A stretch of 64,000 nt of DNA from Candidatus Doudnabacteria bacterium (lineage in GTDB: Bacteria > Patescibacteriota > Doudnabacteria > UBA920), in the NCBI GenBank assembly GCA_003151625.1, contig PLYC01000021.1, positions 16,235 to 80,234 of the forward strand, written 5' to 3'. Made by a program: the position numbers and the translations under genes. Shown here piece after piece: positions 37,277-45,936 of the stretch (position 1 is the first letter of the stretch; the number at the start of each line of letters is the position of its first letter). Below the pieces are notes generated by a model. That model made no database searches, was not told the DNA's origin, and saw nothing but the letters and a program-made list of their open reading frames with translations.

Positions 37277-38062
37277 CTAACTCTTTGAGCCCTTTTCGGT
37301 TTCGATTTTGAATTCTTCAAATTTGTTTTTATATGCAATAAAAAGATCTTGGGCCAAATCCAAAATTACTTTGGTATGTTTTTCCATTGTCGGCGATATT
37401 CTCTGACGCCTTGTTCTATAGCCTCGAGTTTTTAATAAGTTATCCGAGGTATTTATATCCATCTCGTGAATAATTTGATTCCTTACGGTAAAAGCATCTT
37501 TAAGTGCGTTCATTCTGTCAGCAGTGAATATCTTATTTGTGCTTAACCCAGAAGCGTCAGAAACCATACACAGTTGTCCAACGGACTGGAGGCTGTCTTT
37601 GGTCATACTGCTTAAGTATTCTTTTAAAAATATTTCCCTTGGATTTTGGTCTATCAAAGCCAAGGCAACTGTATTTAATATCTTTTCCGGACTCTTTTTG
37701 TCTATACCATTTTTAACGTAATTTCTAAATTTTTCTTGGGCATTTTTGTCTACAGTTATCAATTTTGAAAGTTTGGTTTTGGTCAGCTGTTTAACAAATA
37801 CGTCAAGTCCAGCGCAAGCAAAAATCAGCATTGCACGATATAGGTCTTGTTGGTAATGGGTAGATGGGCCACCCTTTGAGCCGCGTCTGATAATTTTATA
37901 CAGCAAATTGAAGTTATTAACGGACTCTGCTGTCTTTAGCAAAATATTGTATTCAAAACTAAAAAGACTGTCGTCCTTCTCAGCCGAAAGGTGAATTTTA
38001 TAAAATCCTAATTCCCGTTTTTTAACAGCCTTTTTCGCCTTACTGGATTTAAGCTTTGCCAT
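37277..38062 (-). CDS. HEPN domain protein (RiboL-PSP-like)
   Basis: DLYRAMLIFACAGLD N-terminal helix; RNQIIH RX4H motif. Confidence 0.75.
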   Translation of the reverse strand: MAKLKSSKAKKAVKKRELGFYKIHLSAEKDDSLFSFEYNILLKTAESVNNFNLLYKIIRRGSKGGPSTHYQQDLYRAMLIFACAGLDVFVKQLTKTKLSKLITVDKNAQEKFRNYVKNGIDKKSPEKILNTVALALIDQNPREIFLKEYLSSMTKDSLQSVGQLCMVSDASGLSTNKIFTADRMNALKDAFTVRNQIIHEMDINTSDNLLKTRGYRTRRQRISPTMEKHTKVILDLAQDLFIAYKNKFEEFKIETEKGSKS

Positions 38063-38074
38063 AAAGATTTTACT

Positions 38075-38413
38075 TCAGGAAACATTATCGCCGTCAGATG
38101 GCATGGCCGTTGCAATTGCGTTGGTAAATAACGAATCACAGTGGACTAACAAAGACTCAATTAAACGCCCATGGTATATTGCGTAGACTTCGGAACTGAT
38201 AGTTTTGCTCTTAGGTTTAATAATAAAAAAGGTCAGCTCTTTGCCACTTTCTACTTCCGGACGGAACCACGCCAAATATTTCCATTGTTGCGCCGTATGT
38301 GTAAAATCGCCATCTTTATCATAAGACCAAGTGACTATTAGCCCGTCATCAATTGCCTTCTTAAAAGAGGATAGCACTTTATTCGGAGTGGAAGTTTCTA
38401 AATGTACGGCCAT
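38075..38413 (-). CDS. Hypothetical protein upstream of the HEPN gene
   Basis: 112 aa, TWSYDKDGDFTH...W...YHGR; own TTGACT-N17-TAAAAT promoter at 38438-38466. Confidence 0.8.
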   Translation of the reverse strand: MAVHLETSTPNKVLSSFKKAIDDGLIVTWSYDKDGDFTHTAQQWKYLAWFRPEVESGKELTFFIIKPKSKTISSEVYAIYHGRLIESLLVHCDSLFTNAIATAMPSDGDNVS

Positions 38414-38487
38414 AAAATTTTCATTATTTATAGCACTATTTTAAAACTTTACTAATATAAAGTCAATTTTGCAAAAAAACCAATTCC

Positions 38488-38632
38488 TTTGCTTCCTTAT
38501 GGCTTCTCATTATACTGGCCGTTTACGGCCGGTCAAGGGTAAATTTCATTTATTTGCCGTGGGCCATAAAATCAATTTAATCCCTTGACTGCCGTAACCT
38601 GCGGCCAGTATATGATTGCCATAATAAGTAAT
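38488..38632. promoter_or_regulatory. ~145-nt hairpin, putative ssDNA promoter (copy 2)
   Basis: ttatggc/gccataa, tatactggccg/cggccagtata and gtcaaggg/cccttgac stems. Confidence 0.7.
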
Positions 38633-38648
38633 CAAGAAAGGAGTTAAT

Positions 38649-38846
38649 ATGCCTAAAGTCAAAAAGGCAGTTAGCAAGAGGCAGGGAATCACGCCGGAGA
38701 TGAAGTTAAACATCATCAAGGCGTCCTTGCAGAGAAGTATCAATTACTTTATGGAATTGAGACACTCTGTAGACCCCTCTTCCAGCGATTATCACGATTT
38801 CGGAAAAAAGGTTTCCGCGTATATCGCTGTAAAGCAGACAGTCTAA
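38649..38846 (+). CDS. 65-aa hypothetical protein
   Basis: AAGGAG RBS; follows hairpin copy 2. Confidence 0.65.
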   Translation: MPKVKKAVSKRQGITPEMKLNIIKASLQRSINYFMELRHSVDPSSSDYHDFGKKVSAYIAVKQTV

Positions 38847-38898
38847 CAAACACCAAAACAAAAACAAAAATCTTTCTTTAATTTTTAACCTTATCCCA

Positions 38899-39057
38899 AT
38901 GAAAATTATGACTGCACAGTTTGTCTACGAGATTACCTGTCCAAGATGCCAATACACATGGAGCGCTACCAAGGAAGAGACCTTTGACCTTGATATTGTG
39001 TCCTGCTCCCAATGTGGTTCCTGTGAGCTTGAAATTACCAAAAAGTTAGAAGCTTAA
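38899..39057 (+). CDS. 52-aa zinc-ribbon protein (not in ORF track)
   Basis: CPRC...CSQC motifs. Confidence 0.6.
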   Translation: MKIMTAQFVYEITCPRCQYTWSATKEETFDLDIVSCSQCGSCELEITKKLEA

Positions 39058-39208
39058 AATCAAAACAAAAACAAAATTTTTTTATGGTCGCAAATTTGCT
39101 AAAACCTCCAAAAACGCGTTAAACTGAATTCATTAGCGGAATAAAATCACGGAATTGCCGTAATTCCTGGATTAAGAGGTTGTAATGCTGTGAACAGAAG
39201 GCTACCAC

Positions 39209-39240
39209 AAAAGCCCGAACTTTGGTTCGGGTTTTTATTT
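39209..39240 (+). terminator. Intrinsic terminator (probable displaced tRNA-Glu terminator)
   Basis: aagcccgaac-tttg-gttcgggttttt immediately after GCTACCA. Confidence 0.8.
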
Positions 39241-39298
39241 ATGGTAACTTAGACATTCCTTTGTCTTTTATGCCAAAGTCTGGTAAGTTTAATACATT

Positions 39299-40387
39299 AT
39301 GAACAAACAAATTATAGTGTTTTTGGGCATTGCCCAATTGGTGCTAATTGCTTTTAATCTGATTATTTACGGCTTGCTTTTAACTTTTTTCCCGGCGCTT
39401 GGTACGCACAAAGTAGAGGTGCTAATAACCGTGCTTTTGCTGGCAATATCATTTTTAATTTTTTCTGTACTAACTTTCAAATACGAAAATATTGTTCTAA
39501 GAATCGGTTACAAACTTTCGTCAATTTGGCTGGTTCTTGGCTTTTATTTTGTTTTGGCCTCGCTTATTGCGCTTATTATATATCTGCTATCCCCCATCAA
39601 CTTGTTATATTATGGTCTGGCCGCAGTGTTTGTTAGCTCGGTTTTAACTATTTACGGACTTATCAATGCCCGGGTGACCAGACTCACGAAGATAAAAATC
39701 AGCCTCCCCAACCTGCCGGCATACTGGAAAGACAAAAGCGCCATAATGGTTTCCGATTTGCACTTAGGCCAGGTCTTGCGAAAAGGTTTTGCCAATAAAA
39801 TCATAAATTTAATAAACCGCGAAAGTCCGGAAATAGTTTTTATTCCGGGAGACTTTTACGACGGCGTGCATACGGGATTTCAAAATTTAGCCAATGAATT
39901 TAAAAAAATCAGCGCGCCCCAAGGCATATATTTTTGTTCCGGCAATCACGAAATGTTCGCTGGCTACGGGCAATGTGAACAGGCATTAAGAGGCGCGGGC
40001 ATAAAAATTTTGGAAAATCAAAAAGTGGAAATCCAGGGACTCCAAATTGCCGGTGTGTCTTACAAACACGATGTTATGCCCGATTTGTCCCAGACTCTAC
40101 AAAATATAAGCCTCGATAAAAATAAGCCCAGTGTTTTACTCAAACACGTACCGCTGCAGTTAAAGGAGGTTTGGGAAGCCGGTTTTAACCTGGTGCTGTG
40201 CGGCCATTCCCACCATGGTCAAATATGGCCGGGCAGGCTAATTACCAAGCGCTACTTTAAAGGTTTTGATTACGGTTTAAAAACCTTTAACAATTTACTG
40301 GTTTACACCAGTAGCGGAGCAGGCACCTGGGGTCCGCCCATGCGCATATTTACCAAATCCGAAGTTGTCAAAATAATATTTATATGA
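39299..40387 (+). CDS. Membrane-bound metallophosphoesterase
   Basis: SDLH, GDFYD, GNHE, GHSHHGQ. Confidence 0.93.
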   Translation: MNKQIIVFLGIAQLVLIAFNLIIYGLLLTFFPALGTHKVEVLITVLLLAISFLIFSVLTFKYENIVLRIGYKLSSIWLVLGFYFVLASLIALIIYLLSPINLLYYGLAAVFVSSVLTIYGLINARVTRLTKIKISLPNLPAYWKDKSAIMVSDLHLGQVLRKGFANKIINLINRESPEIVFIPGDFYDGVHTGFQNLANEFKKISAPQGIYFCSGNHEMFAGYGQCEQALRGAGIKILENQKVEIQGLQIAGVSYKHDVMPDLSQTLQNISLDKNKPSVLLKHVPLQLKEVWEAGFNLVLCGHSHHGQIWPGRLITKRYFKGFDYGLKTFNNLLVYTSSGAGTWGPPMRIFTKSEVVKIIFI

Positions 40388-40392
40388 TAACA

Positions 40393-40424
40393 AAAAAATC
40401 CGCCAAAAGAGGCGGAATTTTTTT
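40393..40424. terminator. Bidirectional terminator
   Basis: aaaaaatccgcc-aaaaga-ggcgga-attttttt. Confidence 0.7.
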
Positions 40425-40434
40425 ATGTAAGATT

Positions 40435-41022
40435 TTATTGCATTCCACCCTGAGTTAAAGTATGAGACCCCGGCCCCAATGCCCCAACTTTTGTTCCTAT
40501 ACAAAAAGTAATAATATAAGTAGTGGTTACTAACTGAGTTCCGGCGACATTGGCATATATATAATAATCATTGGTGCCATTGCCCGGCCCACCGCCGCAA
40601 GTGCCGTCGGAAGGAAGCACTGTTTTGGGCATCGAACTTAAATAATTCGGGACTAAAAGTCCGGCAATAGTGCCGTTGCCTAGAGCTGCGCCGGGTGTAA
40701 TGGTCGGGTAGCTGTTTTTGTCATTAAAATAAAGTTCAAATGCTTTGGCTAACTGGTTCATATCCGCGACCCTTTTGGCGTCTCTAGCTTTAGTCCTGGC
40801 ACCATTTAGCGCCACTAAAACAACGGAAGCCAAAAGACCAATAATGGCAATAACCACTAAAAGTTCAATTAGGGTAAATCCAGCACCACTTTTTGATTTA
40901 TTTTTAGTATATTTATTTGCAAAGAAAAATCCGACCATTGATAAACACGACCCTAGCCGCTGTTTCAAAGAGTGGTGCTGGGTAAATCCCTGCATATTAT
41001 GATTGATTTTTTTTGTTTCCAT
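40435..41022 (-). CDS. Type IV pilin-like protein with an extended leader
   Basis: [28 protein letters not shown], two Cys. Confidence 0.93.
   Translation of the reverse strand: METKKINHNMQGFTQHHSLKQRLGSCLSMVGFFFANKYTKNKSKSGAGFTLIELLVVIAIIGLLASVVLVALNGARTKARDAKRVADMNQLAKAFELYFNDKNSYPTITPGAALGNGTIAGLLVPNYLSSMPKTVLPSDGTCGGGPGNGTNDYYIYANVAGTQLVTTTYIITFCIGTKVGALGPGSHTLTQGGMQ
40872..40989. mobile_element. In-frame MITE-like insertion at the prepilin cleavage site
   Basis: 10-bp direct repeat GGGTAAATCC 108 bp apart, flanking a 15-bp TIR (14/15 match). Confidence 0.8.
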
Positions 41023-41078
41023 TAAAATCTTAAAATAAGTCCGTTCTTATTATAGCACGAAATAAATAAAATTATCCA

Positions 41079-41654
41079 CTATTGGATAATTTTATCTATA
41101 ATTCCATATTTTTTAGCCTCGTCCGCGGTCATAAAATAGTCTCGGTCGGTATCTTTTTCTATCTTACTTATAGGCTGATTCGTGTGTTTGGCTAAAATGG
41201 CGTTTATTTGATTTTTAATGCGCATCATTTCTCTGGCCTGAATTTCCACGTCCTTTTGCTGGCCTTCCACCCCGCCCATTACCTGATGGATAAGTACGCG
41301 AGCATTGGGCAAGGAAAAACGCTTGCCTTTGGCACCGCAAGCAAGTAAGACAGCGGCGGCCGAAGCGGCCTGTCCCAAACAAATGGTGGAAACATCGGCT
41401 TTAACGTGCTGCATGGTGTCATAAAGAGCCATGGCAGAGGTAACCGACCCGCCCGGGGAATTTATATATAATTTAATGTCTTCTTTGCTGGTTTCGGCGT
41501 CTAAAAATAGCAATTGCGCTATTAGAGTATTGGCAACCGCGTCGTCTATTGGTTCGCCCAAAAAAATAATTCTTTCTTTGAGCAAACGGCTGTAAATATC
41601 GTAAGCCCTCTCCCCCATTGAGGACTTCTCAATCACCATCGGTACTAGAGGCAT
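41079..41654 (-). CDS. clpP: ATP-dependent Clp protease proteolytic subunit
   Basis: [35 protein letters not shown]. Confidence 0.98.
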   Translation of the reverse strand: MPLVPMVIEKSSMGERAYDIYSRLLKERIIFLGEPIDDAVANTLIAQLLFLDAETSKEDIKLYINSPGGSVTSAMALYDTMQHVKADVSTICLGQAASAAAVLLACGAKGKRFSLPNARVLIHQVMGGVEGQQKDVEIQAREMMRIKNQINAILAKHTNQPISKIEKDTDRDYFMTADEAKKYGIIDKIIQ

Positions 41655-41685
41655 AGGAGTAGTTGTTAGTAATTAGTTGTTAGTT

Positions 41686-41711
41686 TGTAGCGTGCCGATT
41701 TATCGGCTGCA
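41686..41711 (+). repeat. GTAG-type REP-like palindrome
   Basis: GTAG-cgt-GCCGATTTATCGGC; second copy at 54075-54096. Confidence 0.65.
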
Positions 41712-41782
41712 TTATTAATCAAAGAGGTTTGATTCTAATCTTTCTGACATTATAAAATTAGAACAGTTAGGTCAATTATAAA

Positions 41783-42997
41783 CTATTCCTTAGTTTCATC
41801 AGCTTTAACTTCTTCAACTGCTACCGCTTCTTTTGAAGCTTCCGATGTTTCCGCAACAGTTTCCTCGCCACCTAGTTTTTCCCCGTTAATATCTATTTTC
41901 CATCCCGTCAAACGCGCGGCGAGGCGGACGTTTTGTCCGGCTTTGCCAATGGCTAAAGACAACTGATCTTCTAACACGCCGACTTTGGCTTCTTTGGCTT
42001 GGTCGTTTAATTGGACGTTTAAAATTTTGGCCGGTGAAAGAGCGTTGGCAATAAATTTTACCTGGTCATCGGAAAATTCTATAATATCAATTTTCTCCCC
42101 GCCCAGTTCGGCCATTACGGTTTGCACTCGGCTGCCCTTTTGCCCCACGCAACTGCCAATTGGGTCTATGCCGTCCTGGTTACTAAACACGGCAATTTTG
42201 GAGCGCGAACCCGCTTCCCTGGCCAGGGCTTTAATTTCCACACTGCCGTTAAAAATTTCCGGCACTTCCAGTTCAAAAAGCTTGCGCACCATATCGGGAT
42301 GCGAACGGGACAAAGTAATTTTTGGCCCCTTAGTAGCCGGTTCAACATGGAGGATTAAAACTTTTATGCGCTGGCCAATGGTATATTTTTCCCCGCGAAT
42401 TTGCTCGCTGGGGAACAGCACGCCGGCGGCTTTGCCTAAGTCTACCAGCACGGTGTCGCCTTCCACTCTCTGGACAACCCCGTTTTGCAAAGTGCGCTCT
42501 TTGGCTTTGAAATCGGAAAACTGAACATTTCTTTCGGCTTCGCGTAATTTTTGGATAATAACCTGCTTGGCGGTTTGCGCGGCAATGCGGCCGTACGAGG
42601 TGCCGGTTTTGGGAGTGATTTCCGTGCGGATTTCGTCACCGACTTTGTGTTTATGAGATTTTTTTCCGCCGGTCGTTCGAGACCCTGAGGGGTCCTCAGA
42701 CCCCCGAAGGGAGGAGGATCCGCCTTTGGCGGAAATTTCCTGCGCCGCTTCCAGGGTAATGAATTTTTGGGGGTCTTCTTCCGCCTCGGTCTCGGTTTCT
42801 ACCACGGTTTTTACGTCAAAAACTTTGGTAGCCATATTCTCCGGGTCAAATTCCACCACAATATTCTGGTTCTTCTCGCCGTAATCTTTCCGGAAAGCCG
42901 CGGCCAAAGACGCTTCTATCATAGAAACTAAATCCTGGCGGCTAATGCCTTTTTCTTCTGCTATTTGGTCTAAAGCTTGTTCTAGCTGTTCGTTCAT
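41783..42997 (-). CDS. nusA: Transcription termination factor NusA (with in-frame insertion)
   Basis: GRIAAQTAKQVI.Q, S1 domain, AREAGSRSKIAV, AIGKAGQNVRLA. Confidence 0.98.
   Translation of the reverse strand: MNEQLEQALDQIAEEKGISRQDLVSMIEASLAAAFRKDYGEKNQNIVVEFDPENMATKVFDVKTVVETETEAEEDPQKFITLEAAQEISAKGGSSSLRGSEDPSGSRTTGGKKSHKHKVGDEIRTEITPKTGTSYGRIAAQTAKQVIIQKLREAERNVQFSDFKAKERTLQNGVVQRVEGDTVLVDLGKAAGVLFPSEQIRGEKYTIGQRIKVLILHVEPATKGPKITLSRSHPDMVRKLFELEVPEIFNGSVEIKALAREAGSRSKIAVFSNQDGIDPIGSCVGQKGSRVQTVMAELGGEKIDIIEFSDDQVKFIANALSPAKILNVQLNDQAKEAKVGVLEDQLSLAIGKAGQNVRLAARLTGWKIDINGEKLGGEETVAETSEASKEAVAVEEVKADETKE
42662..42735 (-). repeat. 74-bp nested palindromic element in nusA
   Basis: 71/74 identical to 53741-53814. 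Confidence 0.92.
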
Positions 42998-43004
42998 TTT
43001 AATA

Positions 43005-43082
43005 CAAACTAATTAACACGGATTTAGAAACGAATGAACACGGATCTGTGTTAATTCGTCTGCGATATTAGTGTTCATCCGT
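43005..43082. repeat. 78-bp AACACGGAT palindromic repeat, copy A
   Basis: First 31 nt identical to the copy at 44068-44145. Confidence 0.85.
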
Positions 43083-43158
43083 GGTTTCTAATAAAAAAGA
43101 TGAGCATCGCTCATCCAATGAATCTGTACAATCTTTTCTTCAACTGGTAACTGTAAAC

Positions 43159-43578
43159 TTAATTCCAGTCTTCAACTGCATTCGGTATTATTATAGCAGG
43201 TTTAAAGGTTTTGTCAAACTCTCCATATTCCATTAAACATACGTCAATTTGAGGCCTAAATTCAAGCATTTTCGGATTTCGCAAAAAATACATTTTTATG
43301 GCTCGCAAAAGTTTTTGCTGTTTGTAAATATTTACCGATTCCACTCCCTTCCCAAACTTGTCCGCGCCCGCAGTCCTGGTTTTAACTTCCACAAAGACAA
43401 TGGAGTGTTTATCTTTGGCGATAAAGTCTATCTCACCCAAGCGCTTGCCCTTTTTATTGTACTCGTTTCTGGCAATAATTTTGTAACCCAGTTTTTTATA
43501 TTCTTCCTGCGCGGCTTCCTCCCCAAGCTGGCCAAGGGTTTTTGGATTTTTATTTTTCGATGTAAACCATCTTGGCAT
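43159..43578 (-). CDS. YraN family (UPF0102) nuclease-like protein
   Basis: GQLGE, GEIDFIA, VFVEVKTR. Confidence 0.92.
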   Translation of the reverse strand: MPRWFTSKNKNPKTLGQLGEEAAQEEYKKLGYKIIARNEYNKKGKRLGEIDFIAKDKHSIVFVEVKTRTAGADKFGKGVESVNIYKQQKLLRAIKMYFLRNPKMLEFRPQIDVCLMEYGEFDKTFKPAIIIPNAVEDWN

Positions 43579-43661
43579 AAAAATTTCTACTAAATACTAA
43601 AAAAACTAAAATACTAAATCGGCCAGCTTTCGTATTTCGTTACTTTAATATTTAGTAGAGG

Positions 43662-44060
43662 TTATTTAGGTAAATATTTCAGCCTCACCTGCTCTTTTTC
43701 CCAAACGTCTTTTTCTTTTTTATAATTTTTAAGCATACCGGTTAAAATTGCAACCAGCCAAACAAGTCCGATTAAAACAATTAATAAAGCCACAAAATGG
43801 GTGCCAAAAAACATGGCATTTTCATAACGGCACAGGTACCATAAAATTTCCACAAGCCCAATGCTCAAAAACAAATGATAAAACTTCTGCCTGTATTTGC
43901 CGTCCACGGGATTGGGCGCCAAAATCGAAGAAATTTTTAGCACAATGCTCAACAAAATTAAAATAACCCCACTCAAAAAAAACAGCTTTTCCCGCGGGCT
44001 AATGAAAGCTGTATTTATTTGAAAAAGGTTTTGGTAAGTAAATAACTGTTTTATGTTCAT
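43662..44060 (-). CDS. Hypothetical membrane protein
   Basis: Three hydrophobic segments; ends KYLPK. Confidence 0.75.
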   Translation of the reverse strand: MNIKQLFTYQNLFQINTAFISPREKLFFLSGVILILLSIVLKISSILAPNPVDGKYRQKFYHLFLSIGLVEILWYLCRYENAMFFGTHFVALLIVLIGLVWLVAILTGMLKNYKKEKDVWEKEQVRLKYLPK

Positions 44061-44067
44061 ATAAATT

Positions 44068-44145
44068 CAAACTAATTAACACGGATTTAGAAACGAATTT
44101 ACACAGATCAGTGTTCATTCGTTTGCAGTATTAGTGTTTATTCGT
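44068..44145. repeat. 78-bp AACACGGAT palindromic repeat, copy B
   Basis: Aligns without gaps to copy A. Confidence 0.85.
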
Positions 44146-44150
44146 TATTG

Positions 44151-44678
44151 CTACTTCTCGTACAATACCGCGTAGTGATAGCCATCGGCCTGGAGGTCTT
44201 TGTCTTTTCGGAAACCCGCGGACTGCAGCATAATTTCCAGTTTTTCCTGATCCAATCTCTTGTCCAGCGGCGGACCAAAAGGAGTGGCGGTGCGTTTCCA
44301 TTCTACCGCGACCACGCGCCCGCCGGATTTTAACACGCGATAAATGTTTTTAATCAATTCCTGTTTTTGGTCTATTTCGTGCAAAATACTGCCAATAATA
44401 ACCAAGTCGCAGGAGCCGGGCAAAATATCCAAAAGCGGTTTGCTTAAATTGGCCTGAATAACCCGCACATTTTTATATCCAAACTGGTTGGCAATGGAAA
44501 TTGTGGCGGCCAATTTAACCGTTTGTACGTCAACCGCGTAAACCGTTCCGGTGGGGCCAATCATTTGCGCGGCCGGTAAAACATAAAACCCGTTGCCGCA
44601 GCCCAAGTCTGCCACTGTCTGGCCCATCATAAGCCCTGTTTGCGCCATAACAGCGCTTGGATTTAAAAATTGACTCAT
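44151..44678 (-). CDS. Class I SAM-dependent methyltransferase
   Basis: ADLGCGNG, VYAVD, RVLKSGG. Confidence 0.9.
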   Translation of the reverse strand: MSQFLNPSAVMAQTGLMMGQTVADLGCGNGFYVLPAAQMIGPTGTVYAVDVQTVKLAATISIANQFGYKNVRVIQANLSKPLLDILPGSCDLVIIGSILHEIDQKQELIKNIYRVLKSGGRVVAVEWKRTATPFGPPLDKRLDQEKLEIMLQSAGFRKDKDLQADGYHYAVLYEK

Positions 44679-44747
44679 ATAATTTTCTAAGAGAAAATTA
44701 GTGTGGATTAACTTTTGTTTCCTGATGAAACCTTTGTTGTTTATTAC

Positions 44748-45167
44748 TTACTTTAAAGCACCAATTACAGCTTTTAAGTATTCAGTGTAAGCCGGGATGA
44801 AAGAATTTTTTATGGAATCGTAAAATTTTCTGTTGTCTAACTCAAAATCATACTCATGGACAAGCCCATTGCGCAAACTCACGGAATCGACAAGTTTTTT
44901 ACACAAATCTCCCCCTATTATACCTAATTTATTCAGCCATTGAAAGGAATCTTTGTAAGTGTCCGGCGTTTTACCCTGTTTTTGCTGGACAATACTACTG
45001 TTAATGTCGCTAGACAACTCAACTAATAATTCCAAATTTCGCTCGCTAGACCTTATTAAAGTTACTGTTTTGTCAAAAACTTCAAACTCAACATCCGTCC
45101 ATTCCTTTAGTTCCTGAATGAACGAATGGATTTGTTCCGACTTTTTTTCTATAATTTCGTTACCCAT
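44748..45167 (-). CDS. HepT/DUF86 HEPN toxin
   Basis: RNGLVHEY (RX4HXY). Confidence 0.88.
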   Translation of the reverse strand: MGNEIIEKKSEQIHSFIQELKEWTDVEFEVFDKTVTLIRSSERNLELLVELSSDINSSIVQQKQGKTPDTYKDSFQWLNKLGIIGGDLCKKLVDSVSLRNGLVHEYDFELDNRKFYDSIKNSFIPAYTEYLKAVIGALK

Positions 45168-45525
45168 ATATTGACTGTAAATATTCGTGTCTCATTTTTC
45201 TGAACTTAGCCGTATGCTGATATCGCTTCCAAGCCGATAACTTAAATTTAAAAAAATCTTCTTCGCTACCCTTTAGCAATTTGCCGCTTTGGGCCGCTTC
45301 CATCTGGAGTAACGGCGAAGCCTCGTTTAAATCCACGAGATCAATTTTGTCTTCGGGAAATGAAAGCTCTTTGGAAAGATCTTCTCTTAATTTATCCTTA
45401 GTTTCCAAACTTAAAGGTTGTCCCGCCACCACGCCAATGTCAAAATCTGATGTAGCGTTGGCGCTCCCTTTGCTTTGAGAACCAAAAAGGATAAATAAAG
45501 ATGGGTTCGAAAATTTTGAAAACAT
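45160..45525 (-). CDS. MntA-like minimal nucleotidyltransferase antitoxin
   Basis: LFGS...SDFD, IDLVDL; overlaps hepT. Confidence 0.88.
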   Translation of the reverse strand: MFSKFSNPSLFILFGSQSKGSANATSDFDIGVVAGQPLSLETKDKLREDLSKELSFPEDKIDLVDLNEASPLLQMEAAQSGKLLKGSEEDFFKFKLSAWKRYQHTAKFRKMRHEYLQSIYG

Positions 45526-45528
45526 TTT

Positions 45529-45882
45529 TTACCTCAACGGGTTTATTAAATAATTCCAAAAAAAGAATATAAAAAATAAGTTTAAAATTGTTACAAAGCT
45601 CCAATACAGAGCCACTAGAGCAACGCCAACGATGCGTTTTGTGTCTAAATATTTATATGCAATCCTGCCTAAGCCATAAATTAACGCTGCTAATAAAACC
45701 GTAAACAAACCAGATTCGCATATCATTCTACCGACAGTTACAAATACCCCGATTCGTGTCGTAGCCTGCTGAAGACCATATTGAGGTTGTCCAGAAAATA
45801 CACTATTAACTAACAAACTAATATATAGTAACCACCAGAAAATAACAGAATAAAATCCAAATTTTTGATTAAAAATTCTCAC
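45529..45882 (-). CDS. Hypothetical membrane protein
   Basis: Hydrophobic 117-aa ORF in the operon. Confidence 0.55.
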   Translation of the reverse strand: MRIFNQKFGFYSVIFWWLLYISLLVNSVFSGQPQYGLQQATTRIGVFVTVGRMICESGLFTVLLAALIYGLGRIAYKYLDTKRIVGVALVALYWSFVTILNLFFIFFFWNYLINPLR

Positions 45883-45936
45883 TGTTTATCTTATAAATTA
45901 GGAACTCACTTTTATTTAAAAATTAAAATAATTAGA

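Larger units (their letters stand above)
24007..39207. mobile_element. tRNA-Glu-integrated defence island (~15.2 kb)
   Basis: Integrase at the tRNA; GCTACCA repeated at 24007-24013 and 39201-39207, the latter followed by a terminator; defence cargo. Confidence 0.85.

Noticed and set aside
38962-38972. AGCGCTACCAA, an 11-bp match to the tRNA-Glu 3' end, as alternative attR
   Set aside because: It lies inside an intact zinc-ribbon ORF and has no terminator after it. The 39201 site restores the terminator and gives a longer in-frame integrase tail. Not fully excluded.
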